From a virus (Duplodnaviria > Caudoviricetes): a stretch of 54,241 nucleotides of DNA. Shown here in pieces: positions 1 to 9,492 of the stretch (the first letter of the stretch is position 1; every line of letters begins with the position of its first letter). Both the position numbers and the translations under genes were made by a program. Below the pieces are notes generated by a model. That model worked only from the letters and a program-made list of their open reading frames with translations, was not told the origin of the DNA and ran no database searches. The stretch spans positions 1 to 54,241 of IMG/VR virus record IMGVR_UViG_3300021961_000134. One strand, written 5' to 3'.

Positions 1-752
1 TCACTGAAGGGATCAGCCTCACTAAAGTCTAGTATGTCATCTGATTCTGATTGTATGTATTCGTTTTCTGCACTTGTTATAGTATCGTAATCTCTAGCAG
101 AATCATAACTAGAATCTGATCTATCTTCATTTTCATTCAATATTCTATATCCATCTTCAGTAAACAAAGGCTCGTCTTTTTCAGATACCAGCTGCACATC
201 TATATAGATATCCTGTGAAAACTCTATTTGTAGGTTATCAATTTCAGCAATACCAGTATTAAACTCTTCGTTACTGTATTCGAATAGCTCTACTCTTAGT
301 TGATAGAATTGTAGGGCACCCATTTGATAGAATACAGGTTCGTGCTCAACAAAGCTAATTGAGTATAGTTTACCATTGAGAGGGAACATTAATAAGTCGC
401 CTTCTCTAGGACGCTCAATATTAAACCTAGTCATTAACTCATTTTCAAACTGTCTTCTTGAAATAGCAAGAAGCATTGTGTCTCTAATTTCTAATCCAAA
501 TTTAGAAATAAAATCGCCTTCACCTTGGAACCCTTCAACGTTGACTATATAGCATGCGATGTCAGCATGCTCAGTATATACCGCTCTGTCCTCTTCGGAG
601 TACAGTTGATCATAACCGTCTTCACTATAATTTTTAGGTAGGTAAGTAAACTCAATTCCATACATCTTAATGGACTCGTGAACGAGATCTTCAATGAGAT
701 TTTGCTCACCAAAGTGAGCCCATTTGTTGAAGTACAGATTTGTAAGTGCCAT
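1..752 (-). CDS. gp14: Neck protein gp14 (3' end runs off the window)
   Basis: Not in the ORF track. Manual translation from ATG at 752 gives MALTNLYFNKWAHFGEQNLIEDLVHESIKMYG...EGFQGEGDFISKFGLEIRD...RPREGDLLMFPLNGKLYSISFVEHEPVFYQMG, which is typical of T4-like gp14. It follows gp13 with a TAATG overlap. Confidence 0.92.
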   Translation of the reverse strand, partial: MALTNLYFNKWAHFGEQNLIEDLVHESIKMYGIEFTYLPKNYSEDGYDQLYSEEDRAVYTEHADIACYIVNVEGFQGEGDFISKFGLEIRDTMLLAISRRQFENELMTRFNIERPREGDLLMFPLNGKLYSISFVEHEPVFYQMGALQFYQLRVELFEYSNEEFNTGIAEIDNLQIEFSQDIYIDVQLVSEKDEPLFTEDGYRILNENEDRSDSSYDSARDYDTITSAENEYIQSESDDILDFSEADPFS

Positions 753-1492
753 TAGCCTATCATATCCATTACCGGTAGTGAGTAAGAAGAGATCATTTCA
801 CCTTCTAATTTGTCTATCTCTTCCTGTGCTTGCTGGTAAAGTGTTTCACCATTAAATGTAACACCACCAGGAAGCTGCAATCCTGTAAACTTAATTAAGT
901 TCTGACCCCATTGTCTTTTAATTAATGCTGTAGCATATCTTTGTAGCCACCTATCATTCCATACATCCGTATAAGTATCTGGATCTACAATTCGATATGC
1001 CTCAGCTATCAAATATTCTCCAACGTTGACTTTTTCCCAATCCATATCTACATATAATCTATTAACATGTCTATTGTATCTTATAGGCTGTTTACCTACT
1101 AGTATTTCTTCGATCATTCTTATGTTTTGAAAATTCATATAAAATGGTACCAAGTCATATCTAGATAAATCATAAAGATCGTTAAGAGCTATTTGATACC
1201 GAACATTAAATAGATTATTAGTACTAGTGGAATCGCCCACGTCAAATATGTTAATAATCCCAATGATGTTCTCCGGTACTGTTACGTATCTGTTAGTAAT
1301 ATCATCAGCTGTTATTGTTGCTTTATAAAATGTTTTTTCTACACCATCAAAGTGATAGTCTTGATAGTATAACAATGCTTCATCAATTCTATCATCAACC
1401 TGATCATCGTCAACGTTGATTTCCAATACAGGTTTACCTAATCTTCTCAAACAATATTCTTTGAACAGAGTCTTGGATGTAGGTTTAGTCAT
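752..1492 (-). CDS. gp13: Neck protein gp13
   Basis: Motifs YCLRRLGKPVLEINVDDDQVDDRIDEAL and WLQRYATALIKRQWGQNLIKF...LPGGVTFNG; synteny with gp14. Confidence 0.95.
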   Translation of the reverse strand: MTKPTSKTLFKEYCLRRLGKPVLEINVDDDQVDDRIDEALLYYQDYHFDGVEKTFYKATITADDITNRYVTVPENIIGIINIFDVGDSTSTNNLFNVRYQIALNDLYDLSRYDLVPFYMNFQNIRMIEEILVGKQPIRYNRHVNRLYVDMDWEKVNVGEYLIAEAYRIVDPDTYTDVWNDRWLQRYATALIKRQWGQNLIKFTGLQLPGGVTFNGETLYQQAQEEIDKLEGEMISSYSLPVMDMIG

Positions 1493-1956
1493 TACTCGTT
1501 ACCCCAAGCTGTATTTCCATTGGAATATAAAACTTTTAATTCTCTACCTGAACCATCAATTAAAGATCCTGTTACTGTAACATTTGCACCTAGCGTTACA
1601 TCAGCAGCAAATTGATCTGTTAAATAATTTTCGACAGCTTTAGAAGATACTAGAGTTGTTGTGTTTGATAGTTCAGCAACATTGGAAGATACACCAACGT
1701 ACTTTGTATTACTACCACCAGATGTTGTAATAGTTATTCCTGTAGTTTTAACATGATCTATATGACTATTAGCATCAGCAACAAGTGCTTGATTTGCTGT
1801 AAGTGTACCAGGGTATTCTCTACCACCAACCGATATAACAGAACCTTCTTGTCCAATGAACATCTTTGATCCATTGGCAGAAAAAGCTAACTCTCCGTTT
1901 GCTAGACTTGTAGGTACTGCTGTATTACTACTATATTTTACTGTAATTTCTACCAT
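1492..1956 (-). CDS. Small fibre-related virion protein
   Basis: The N-terminus ITVKYSSNTAVPTSLANGELAFS...KMFIG resembles the 'P-x-x-L-x-x-GELA' N-terminal module of T4-like fibre proteins. It occupies the wac position upstream of gp13, with TAATG coupling. Confidence 0.6.
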   Translation of the reverse strand: MVEITVKYSSNTAVPTSLANGELAFSANGSKMFIGQEGSVISVGGREYPGTLTANQALVADANSHIDHVKTTGITITTSGGSNTKYVGVSSNVAELSNTTTLVSSKAVENYLTDQFAADVTLGANVTVTGSLIDGSGRELKVLYSNGNTAWGNE

Positions 1957-2120
1957 TAGAATGAACCTCCACTTACTCGTGATCTCTCTTCAACATAGAA
2001 GGTACTATTGGCAGAATTGTATTTTATTACATCTCCATTGGCCAAATCAGTAGTATCAATGTCTCCAAGATCTAGTACTCTATGAGTAACTCTAGTTTGG
2101 ATTTTGATAGTATCACCCAT
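1956..2120 (-). CDS. Small hypothetical virion protein (54 aa), paralogue of 2120..2344
   Basis: Below the ORF-track cutoff: MGDTIKIQTRVTHRVLDLGDIDTTDLANGDVIKYNSANSTFYVEERSRVSGGSF. It fills the gap exactly, with TAATG overlaps at both ends. Confidence 0.85.
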   Translation of the reverse strand: MGDTIKIQTRVTHRVLDLGDIDTTDLANGDVIKYNSANSTFYVEERSRVSGGSF

Positions 2121-2344
2121 TAAAAACTACCCCCCGAAACTCTATCAGCTTGGAGAACAAACTTTTTAATATCTGCATTCCAAACCAAAATTGATCCAGA
2201 TGTTTTATCTGACATTCTAACATCATCTAATTCTGCTAAATTATTTTGACCAGCAGCAGCGACCGATGGTGTAGCAGAAATAGTTAATGAGTTTAGTCTA
2301 TTATTAAGACTCCTACCAATTCTAAAAGGATTAGGATTTGCCAT
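2120..2344 (-). CDS. Small hypothetical virion protein (74 aa)
   Basis: L-x-x-L-x-DV...G-x-IL-x-WN fibre-type motif; ends in RVSGGSF; TAATG coupling. Confidence 0.8.
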   Translation of the reverse strand: MANPNPFRIGRSLNNRLNSLTISATPSVAAAGQNNLAELDDVRMSDKTSGSILVWNADIKKFVLQADRVSGGSF

Positions 2345-2679
2345 TATTGTGTTACCCTCGGTGTTACTGTTACCAAGCCTTCGACGACTCGTAGTTTAGT
2401 ATTAGCTGAGGTATTGGTCAAAACTAAATCATAAACATATCTACCTTCAGCAAGGTTAGCTGTTTCTGTGAACGTAAGTTCCATAGTTACTGTGCCATTA
2501 CTAGTACCAGTAGTGCAAGTAAATGTAGCTGCAGCATTAGATGTAGAATAATGTTTTCTTACCTGGGCAGCTGCTGTATAATTTGTTAAATCTACACGAT
2601 CACCGTTAGCGTCAGTGACGTCGATGTCGGTGGAGAAGCTAGCTCCTTGATCTATAACTATGTTAGCTTTCTCTGCCAT
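2344..2679 (-). CDS. Conserved T4-like virion structural protein (Ig-like, 'IDQGAxF' family)
   Basis: ANIVIDQGASF...GRYVYDLVL...RVVEGLVTVTPRVT is a family I recognise from marine T4-like phages. An AGGAG RBS and a late promoter lie upstream. Confidence 0.75.
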   Translation of the reverse strand: MAEKANIVIDQGASFSTDIDVTDANGDRVDLTNYTAAAQVRKHYSTSNAAATFTCTTGTSNGTVTMELTFTETANLAEGRYVYDLVLTNTSANTKLRVVEGLVTVTPRVTQ

Positions 2680-2696
2680 TATATGCTCCTAGGTAT

Positions 2697-2712
2697 TATA
2701 AATATATTTATA
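2697..2712. promoter_or_regulatory. Back-to-back T4 late promoters (TATAAATA on both strands)
   Basis: Perfect 16-bp palindrome TATAAATATATTTATA: + strand TATAAATA at 2697-2704 and - strand TATAAATA at 2705-2712, between two divergent operons. Confidence 0.85.
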
Positions 2713-2735
2713 CATTACAATATTTGGTGGTAATC

Positions 2736-3320
2736 ATGTCAAAATTAAGTGAGCTCAGACTACACGCACGTAATAGAAAACTCCCAACAGCTGCATGTAT
2801 TGGCAGACTAGAACCACAATTCATATCCTATAACCTATTTATCTATGATAGTCTAAAGGGTGATCGTTCTAATTACACTGGGATGAAGACAGCAGAAGAG
2901 AGACACGAACATGCTGTAGCTGGTGTTAGTACTGGTGAAGATGTGTACAAGTTAGGTGATTTTTATAATCAAATTCACACATCTAAAATACAAATAAACG
3001 AAAATGATCTAAAAATTAAACTGCATAATACAAGATATGCAATTCTAGATTCTGGACATGATCTAGAATATCACATGGATCCACCAAACATATATAATAT
3101 TATAATTCCTTTATCAGATCCAATCACATTTAAGGCTCAAGTACCACATTTAAAGGGGGATGAGATTGATTGTGTTGATATAGAAATAGGTCAAATATAT
3201 TTTGTTAATCCTAGTTATATGCATATGACTAGCCATCTGTCCGATGAACCCAGAGTAGCTATCTTAGCTAACTTTAATTACAATGAGGAAATTTATGACA
3301 CCATTAGAGGGCTACTATGA
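2736..3320 (+). CDS. 2OG-Fe(II)/cupin oxygenase, aspartyl/asparaginyl beta-hydroxylase-like
   Basis: H-x-D (YHMD), a distal His (YMHMT) and a C-terminal PRVAIL strand. ATG at 2736 follows a GGTGG RBS. Confidence 0.65.
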   Translation: MSKLSELRLHARNRKLPTAACIGRLEPQFISYNLFIYDSLKGDRSNYTGMKTAEERHEHAVAGVSTGEDVYKLGDFYNQIHTSKIQINENDLKIKLHNTRYAILDSGHDLEYHMDPPNIYNIIIPLSDPITFKAQVPHLKGDEIDCVDIEIGQIYFVNPSYMHMTSHLSDEPRVAILANFNYNEEIYDTIRGLL

Positions 3321-4224
3321 ACTTGATCCTGAGGACAATCATTTTACTGATGTCACAGCAGATGTAACTCATAGATGTAATATGGCTTGTGGGAATTGTT
3401 ATATTCCTAACAGAGACATACCAGATATGGATACTGATAAACTCATAGAGTGTATCAGCAAGTTCCCTAAAAAAACAATGATAAGAATAATGGGTGCAGA
3501 GCCTACTGTAAGAGAAGATCTGCCAGACATTATTAAGAGAATTAGAGCATCTGGTCACAGATGCACTTTGCTAACTAATGGTTTAAGATTAGCAAGTAAC
3601 AGATATGTTCAGAGATTAAAGGAAGTTAAACTATCTCATATTTATATTAGTCTCAATGGTGTCGATAATGATGACTGGTATGAACAGATAGATGAACTTA
3701 GATGTGCTAAAACTAAAATGTTAGCTGTTGATAATATTGCTAGAAATAAATTTATTGTGGACACTGGTACTATTGTTGTTAAAGGAATAAATGATGAGGC
3801 CCCTGGAAGATTGGTCAGTGTGCTTAAACAAAAGGGAATAGATAACGCTCTTCTTAGAATAAAAAACGTAGGTCAATATGGTGACCATATGGTAGATTCT
3901 AACAACAATTATAGTCTTGATGGTCTAATAGAGTTATGTGCAAAACAATTTGGTATTTCTGTTGACTATATTAACTCTTTCAGAGATCATCCTATATACG
4001 GAGAGTATGTGGAAACTGATACGTTTATATTCCCAATAGATCCAAACTCTAAAGGCAAATGGATGCATAGAAGTGGGTATTGGGTCAAGATTACTGATTG
4101 GGATAGTGATCATGGTAATAAGCCCTATCCTTGGATGGGACAAAAGCGTAGAGGTAGAATAACAGAGGACTTCAAAATTGCTCCTCTCTCTGCTCATTTG
4201 GTGGCTAATTTAGGTGGTTATTAA
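3295..4224 (+). CDS. Radical SAM enzyme (MoaA-like core)
   Basis: CxxxCxxC (CNMACGNC), GAEPT, LLTNG, YISLNG and VVKGIND motifs. The ATG at 3295 follows a GAGGA RBS. Confidence 0.9.
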   Translation: MTPLEGYYELDPEDNHFTDVTADVTHRCNMACGNCYIPNRDIPDMDTDKLIECISKFPKKTMIRIMGAEPTVREDLPDIIKRIRASGHRCTLLTNGLRLASNRYVQRLKEVKLSHIYISLNGVDNDDWYEQIDELRCAKTKMLAVDNIARNKFIVDTGTIVVKGINDEAPGRLVSVLKQKGIDNALLRIKNVGQYGDHMVDSNNNYSLDGLIELCAKQFGISVDYINSFRDHPIYGEYVETDTFIFPIDPNSKGKWMHRSGYWVKITDWDSDHGNKPYPWMGQKRRGRITEDFKIAPLSAHLVANLGGY

Positions 4225-4673
4225 TGGAAGAAGATCAAGAAGAACCAACAATTGAAGTTCCTGTAGATACACCAATTCCTTCCTACTTCGAAAGACCAGA
4301 CAAAGAGTACGAAGCTGTACGGATACTATTCAACCCTAGAAAATATAAGTATTTTATTAAGACTGTATATGAAGACACTTATCAGGCATACTTAAATCCT
4401 TATGATTTTAAAACAAGATCTAGAATTAAATTTGAATATAATGAAGTTTCAAAACTATTTGTTATACATAAAAGTTTTAGTGGGTTTCAAGGGCACACAT
4501 CACCAATAATGGATTCTACATCACTGATGGTAGATAATTTTACTGTGGTTGATTATATGTGGTGTAAGGAATGGTTTCCGTTAACATTATTATATGATGA
4601 AAGTAAAACTGAGGAAAAGGTAGATGAATATCTAACTATTACTAGGAAATGGATTAATGACGGACCCAATTAA
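4224..4673 (+). CDS. Hypothetical protein
   Basis: 149-aa ORF, TAATG-coupled within the operon. Confidence 0.75.
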   Translation: MEEDQEEPTIEVPVDTPIPSYFERPDKEYEAVRILFNPRKYKYFIKTVYEDTYQAYLNPYDFKTRSRIKFEYNEVSKLFVIHKSFSGFQGHTSPIMDSTSLMVDNFTVVDYMWCKEWFPLTLLYDESKTEEKVDEYLTITRKWINDGPN

Positions 4674-5403
4674 TGTATATTTAATAAAGACAACCCATTC
4701 AGAAACTCCCCTTAGAGTTGAGGTGGATGTTCAAGATTATTATACTGATACTCATGTATATACATTATGTTCGCATGTCGATAGAAGTTTAAAAGCGAGA
4801 AAAGGATTTAATCTACTAACAAATGATACATTAGTTATGAGACCAGACGTTAAAATTATTAACGTAGGTCACCTAGATCTTTGGGGCTGGTGGAATAAAA
4901 TGTATCTGTTCAGTAAAGAAGTTAGTGGTGATGGGATCAATATATATTTTGATCTCGATCTAAAAATACAAAGAGATATAACCTGGGTTACAGATTTTTG
5001 TTTAGATGATAAAATTACCATGTTGTATTCTTATTGGAAACCTATCGACTGGGAACAAACTGCATACAAGGTATCTAATTACGACCCTAGTTTTAAGTAT
5101 TCAACATTAACTAATTCTTCATTCATGATGTGGAAGGGTAAACAATTTCATTACATATGGGAAGAATACAGTAAAGATCCAGATAAGTTTATGATAGAGT
5201 TCAGAGGTAACGATGACTATATGAACAGATTCCATAGAGATGTCATTAAAGTAATGCCTCGAGGTTTTGCTCACTCGACATTTTACGGTGCAGAAGCTGG
5301 ATCAGAATTCTTCCCTAGAGATAAAGATCCTTATAAAGAAAGACCTCAGTATCATTTAAATTTATTAAATGGATTAGGTAAGCCAAACAAAGTGAGGCAA
5401 TAA
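4657..5403 (+). CDS. Putative glycosyltransferase (GT-A fold, GT8-like phage family)
   Basis: WWNKMYLF, DxD motif (YFDLD) and NSSFMMW. Confidence 0.75.
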   Translation: MTDPINVYLIKTTHSETPLRVEVDVQDYYTDTHVYTLCSHVDRSLKARKGFNLLTNDTLVMRPDVKIINVGHLDLWGWWNKMYLFSKEVSGDGINIYFDLDLKIQRDITWVTDFCLDDKITMLYSYWKPIDWEQTAYKVSNYDPSFKYSTLTNSSFMMWKGKQFHYIWEEYSKDPDKFMIEFRGNDDYMNRFHRDVIKVMPRGFAHSTFYGAEAGSEFFPRDKDPYKERPQYHLNLLNGLGKPNKVRQ

Positions 5404-5404
5404 C

Positions 5405-6172
5405 ATGAAAATAAATTTATTGACTATGAAATGGGGCACTAAGTTTCAAGCAGATTATCCAAATTTAATACATCGGATGGCCAAGAGATGGATGCCTGAA
5501 TATGTTGAGTTAGAGTCATATTGTATGACTGATGATGGTACTGGTTTGGATAAAGATATAAAGGTTGTTGAATGTACTGAAAAATGGTTGTGGGATGATA
5601 TAACTAATAATGACCAATGGTTCTTTTGGGACGGTATTAAGATGTCGTTATTTGCACCACAACTTTGTGGTATTGAAGGTAGAATATTATTTTCAGATTT
5701 AGATAATTTGTTTATAGGACCATTGGATAGAGTAGTAAATACTCAACCTCCAGCTATGATACCATGTGATTGGATGCCTCCATGGCACCTAGGAATGCAT
5801 CAAGGCAATTACTTTCTTACTATGATGTTTAATGCTAGTTTAATTTATGTGGACAATACTCATCCTATAACTAATGAGATATGGGAACACTTCACTAAAA
5901 ACTACAAAAAAGCGAAAGGTTCTTTATATAGTGCTGACGCATATTTGTGGAGATGCTGGAGACATAAAATAACTGGGTATCCTAAAGGCACAGTTTATGC
6001 ATATAACAGAGGTGCTGCATATCCAGACAACTTCTCTTTAAGAGGATACGACTCGAAGTACATATACAGACCAGATCATAGTGTATGTATTTTTATGGAA
6101 GAACACGAACCGGATCCGCTTGATATAAAGGAAGGTTGGGTTTATGAAGAATGGAGTCAATACTTTAAATGA
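5405..6172 (+). CDS. Putative glycosyltransferase (GT-A fold)
   Basis: MKWGTKF...Y, CMTDD, FSDLD (DxD) and FNASL; paralogous to its neighbours. Confidence 0.75.
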   Translation: MKINLLTMKWGTKFQADYPNLIHRMAKRWMPEYVELESYCMTDDGTGLDKDIKVVECTEKWLWDDITNNDQWFFWDGIKMSLFAPQLCGIEGRILFSDLDNLFIGPLDRVVNTQPPAMIPCDWMPPWHLGMHQGNYFLTMMFNASLIYVDNTHPITNEIWEHFTKNYKKAKGSLYSADAYLWRCWRHKITGYPKGTVYAYNRGAAYPDNFSLRGYDSKYIYRPDHSVCIFMEEHEPDPLDIKEGWVYEEWSQYFK

Positions 6173-6819
6173 TTGTATGTATGAAGATTGGAGAAGGATA
6201 TGGTTCTAGATATGTAAACCAATTATATAAACAAGTTAAAGATTTTGATGAGGTTCTTTGTTTCACAGATGATCCTGAGGGACTAAAGCATGAGATAAAA
6301 GTTCATAAAGTAGATAGTTGGTGTACAGAAAGACTTTGGTGGAACAAAGTTATGTTATTTGAACCTGGCCTTTTTAAGGAAAAAGTCGTCTACGTTGATC
6401 TAGATTCGTTCATACATGATAGTCCCCGTCACGTTCTTAATCATGCTAATGAAAAATTGATACTATTAAAAACACATTGGTTTTCACCAGATACAAGAGA
6501 AAAAATACATATGTGTGATGTCAATTCATCAGTTATGGTAATAGGTCCACAAGGCTCTGAGCCATTATACAGAGAATGGTATGATAATAAAGTTAAACTT
6601 TTCAAATCGTTTTACGGTTTAGATCATTGGATATACAGAAGACACAGAAGTAATATAGATTATTTTCCTTCCGGAGTAGCATATTCTTACAGGTATGGTA
6701 ATCAATACCCAGATGACATAGATGAATTTAAAATAAGGACAGAAATTCCTATTACAGTATTAGATGACATCGTTGAAAAGGATAAAGCTATTGATAAATT
6801 ATGGAGAACCAAACAATGA
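6169..6819 (+). CDS. Putative glycosyltransferase (GT-A fold)
   Basis: CMKIGEGYGSRYVNQL, CFTDD, WWNKVMLF, YVDLD and NSSVM. Confidence 0.78.
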   Translation: MIVCMKIGEGYGSRYVNQLYKQVKDFDEVLCFTDDPEGLKHEIKVHKVDSWCTERLWWNKVMLFEPGLFKEKVVYVDLDSFIHDSPRHVLNHANEKLILLKTHWFSPDTREKIHMCDVNSSVMVIGPQGSEPLYREWYDNKVKLFKSFYGLDHWIYRRHRSNIDYFPSGVAYSYRYGNQYPDDIDEFKIRTEIPITVLDDIVEKDKAIDKLWRTKQ

Positions 6820-7427
6820 TTCATCCAGCACTAGATGAAATATACAGATTGTGGCACAGAGGTCTTGGATATGTTGCTGATAAACACGTGTACAAATTTA
6901 AAGATTTCAGTGAAAGTATTTTTGATACTCAAATTCAAAGCAAGGCTTGGTTGTGCCATTCTCTGAATAAATCAAAAGACAGAGAAATAAAACAAGTAGA
7001 AATCTTAGCAGGATGGTATGGAGTTGTTTCAATACCTATGATAATGTATACATTTGGTAGAGATGTAAAGATTAATATTTATGATGTAGATGAATGCACA
7101 CATGACATATCCAAATTTATGTTTGAAAACTATCAAAATGTAAATGTGTACCACAAGGATGTTGTATTTGATAATCTGGAATTAGAAGGTGATACAATCA
7201 TTAATAGTTCATGTGAACATATGTATGACATGTCAGACCTTGTAAATGCTAATAGAGGTAAGTTATTTGTACTTCAAAGCAACAATAACAGAAACGTAAA
7301 ATGGCTTCATATAAATTGCGTAGATACCTGTGAAGAGCTGATCGAACAAGCAGATATTAAAAATGTTTTGTATAAAGAAGCTACAAATATATATGGAAAC
7401 AAAAGAATGATGGTAATTGGAACATGA
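6816..7427 (+). CDS. Putative class I SAM-dependent methyltransferase
   Basis: Motif I-like VEILAGWYG, acidic IYDVD, INSSCEHM and LQSNN. The ATG at 6816 (ATGA overlap) follows GGAG. Confidence 0.7.
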   Translation: MIHPALDEIYRLWHRGLGYVADKHVYKFKDFSESIFDTQIQSKAWLCHSLNKSKDREIKQVEILAGWYGVVSIPMIMYTFGRDVKINIYDVDECTHDISKFMFENYQNVNVYHKDVVFDNLELEGDTIINSSCEHMYDMSDLVNANRGKLFVLQSNNNRNVKWLHINCVDTCEELIEQADIKNVLYKEATNIYGNKRMMVIGT

Positions 7428-7816
7428 AGTTAACTATTGATAGTCAAATATATGGGTTCACTTTTCTTATGTATGGTCAAATGATATTTGCTCATATGTT
7501 TGATAATAAAGAAAATGCTGAATGGGGCAGAATACAACCGTGTTTAAAGAAAATACACAGTGAATTAAATAGATCGAATAAAGACCTAGGATACAAAAGA
7601 GCTGTAGAATATAATGGGATGTCACCAATTACATATGATGGATTTCATGATTTGTATTACGTTTTCTATTGTATGTCAAATTACAGGGTTCCGGAAATAA
7701 GAATAGGACCAAATGCACAACTCGATCAAGAGAATAGAATCATGCATATGGTCCTATGTAACGTGTGTAGAAAATCACACAAAGATTATAATAGATGGAT
7801 ATCTAGATTTATTTAG
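7424..7816 (+). CDS. Hypothetical protein
   Basis: 130-aa ORF with an ATGA overlap; last gene of the rightward operon. Confidence 0.7.
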   Translation: MKLTIDSQIYGFTFLMYGQMIFAHMFDNKENAEWGRIQPCLKKIHSELNRSNKDLGYKRAVEYNGMSPITYDGFHDLYYVFYCMSNYRVPEIRIGPNAQLDQENRIMHMVLCNVCRKSHKDYNRWISRFI

Positions 7817-8672
7817 ACTCAAATTTTTCTCTTATCATTGGGCGTTCTACATAATTAGCTCCCCCAACAATAGGACCATCATATTTGAATTGTTCTATTT
7901 TAGAATAATCTAATTCCGCAATAGGCCATTGAAATTCTTCTCCTGTAAGTTCTTCAACCATATCCTTCCAAAGACGAACGTCAAATACAACATAACCTAA
8001 ATTGATTCTAGGGGACTTTGAATAAGCTGAGTGCCAAAGAATCTTATCATGTTCTTCTTTCTTCCCATAATAACCAACCTTCATACTCCAGCCAGGCTTA
8101 TCTGGAATGGTAACTATAGAATCGTTTAACGATTGTGCATCATCTTTATTTTTGCCTCGTGGTTTGTGTCCAGTTGATCTAGATGGATCCACAAATCTAA
8201 AATAACCATCACCTTCTGGATTATAAGTCATGAGAATGTTATATCCAGGTACGTTCCAGTTAGTATGCCATGCAATATATCCATCAGTAGGATACCACAT
8301 TTTTAACGCACAAAATCTCGATCCCATATAGTTACCTAATGTTTGATCAAGCCAATTACTTTTTTCAATACATTTTTGTGCTAGCTCTGGATTTATTCTT
8401 TCATGCTGCATCCATCTTTGCATTTGGTTAAAATCATAGCCCATAGAGTCTGGAGGAAATCCATCATGAGTATCATGATTCATAGACTCTAAACATTCTT
8501 GGCTACATGAAAATTCTGATCTATTTTCTCTATAAAATTTGCCACCTTGTGCTTTGAAACTTTTATCATTTCCAAAGCCATAGTTTTCTTCTAACTTTAA
8601 AGACCAAATAAAATCAGACCACTCATTTAAATACGTCAAAACTTCCGACTGAATTTCGTATATTGGGGTCAT
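7809..8672 (-). CDS. Putative 2OG-Fe(II)/cupin-fold oxygenase
   Basis: YPTDGYIAWHTN...ILMTY...GYFRF...LWHSAYSKSPRINLGY gives a double-stranded beta-helix pattern with H-x-N...H...R. Confidence 0.6.
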   Translation of the reverse strand: MTPIYEIQSEVLTYLNEWSDFIWSLKLEENYGFGNDKSFKAQGGKFYRENRSEFSCSQECLESMNHDTHDGFPPDSMGYDFNQMQRWMQHERINPELAQKCIEKSNWLDQTLGNYMGSRFCALKMWYPTDGYIAWHTNWNVPGYNILMTYNPEGDGYFRFVDPSRSTGHKPRGKNKDDAQSLNDSIVTIPDKPGWSMKVGYYGKKEEHDKILWHSAYSKSPRINLGYVVFDVRLWKDMVEELTGEEFQWPIAELDYSKIEQFKYDGPIVGGANYVERPMIREKFESK

Positions 8673-9492
8673 TAATTAATCCTTCATCTTGTTGTCTTTT
8701 TGGTAATGTAAAATGGTGAATAATTTTTTCTTCACCTTTTAATTCACTGTCTCTATACCCCCTGATGAAGTTCCATTTAGGATCTATTTCCATGATCCTT
8801 ACATTATAATTTGTATAAAAATTTGTTCGCCAAAAGGCATACGTATCCCAAAACCACAGGGACTTCGGATGAGGGTATTTCCAATCCTTCTTACTCTCAA
8901 TTTGTTCTCTATAATTATCATACCAAGCATGGAGCATTTCAAGGACGTTTGGTTTATTCCTATAAAGGAACATACCACAGTGCCACATTAATCTATAGAC
9001 ACCGTTCTTTGCGTTTTCTTCCCAAGAGTGAACTGCATAAAGTGGTTTGCCATTTTTTTCATCACCACCTTCCCAGATCAACTCTTTGTCTTCTTGCTTA
9101 TAATGTCTCAGTTCTTTATCTTCTGTAAAATAAACTACCTTAGCATTATACGCTCTATTTATTGTCATAGACATATCGTGATCATCATCAATCTGATCAA
9201 AGATATATTTAATATCTTCTGATTCACAATAAGTATCTGCATCCATATAACAAGTTAAATCATATGGTGTTTGATCTAAAGCCCATAACTTAGCTCTACA
9301 ATGAACAGGAATATTAGTAATAATATTCTCAAAAATTAATGGGTCTCTTCTTTCATCTACCCACTCTTTGTGAGTAAACAAAGTTAACTTTGCTTCAGGC
9401 CAATAGTCCTTAATAGACATAGCTGACATAACAGCAGCATCATAATAAGGCTTTGTTAATGAAGCAACATAAACAAAACCATTATTGCTCAT
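8623..9492 (-). CDS. Putative glycosyltransferase (GT8-like)
   Basis: GFVYVAS...A..SA.SIK..WP, KLWALDQTPYDLTCYMDAD (DxD), WDTYAFW, KWNF and IIHH. Confidence 0.75.
   Translation of the reverse strand: MSNNGFVYVASLTKPYYDAAVMSAMSIKDYWPEAKLTLFTHKEWVDERRDPLIFENIITNIPVHCRAKLWALDQTPYDLTCYMDADTYCESEDIKYIFDQIDDDHDMSMTINRAYNAKVVYFTEDKELRHYKQEDKELIWEGGDEKNGKPLYAVHSWEENAKNGVYRLMWHCGMFLYRNKPNVLEMLHAWYDNYREQIESKKDWKYPHPKSLWFWDTYAFWRTNFYTNYNVRIMEIDPKWNFIRGYRDSELKGEEKIIHHFTLPKRQQDEGLINDPNIRNSVGSFDVFK

Noticed and set aside
2736-9492. DNA hypermodification cluster as the primary interpretation
   Set aside because: There is no thymidylate synthase/hydroxymethylase, kinase or DpdA-like gene, and the cluster has a late promoter and a structural-region location. 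It is disfavoured but not excluded without experiments.
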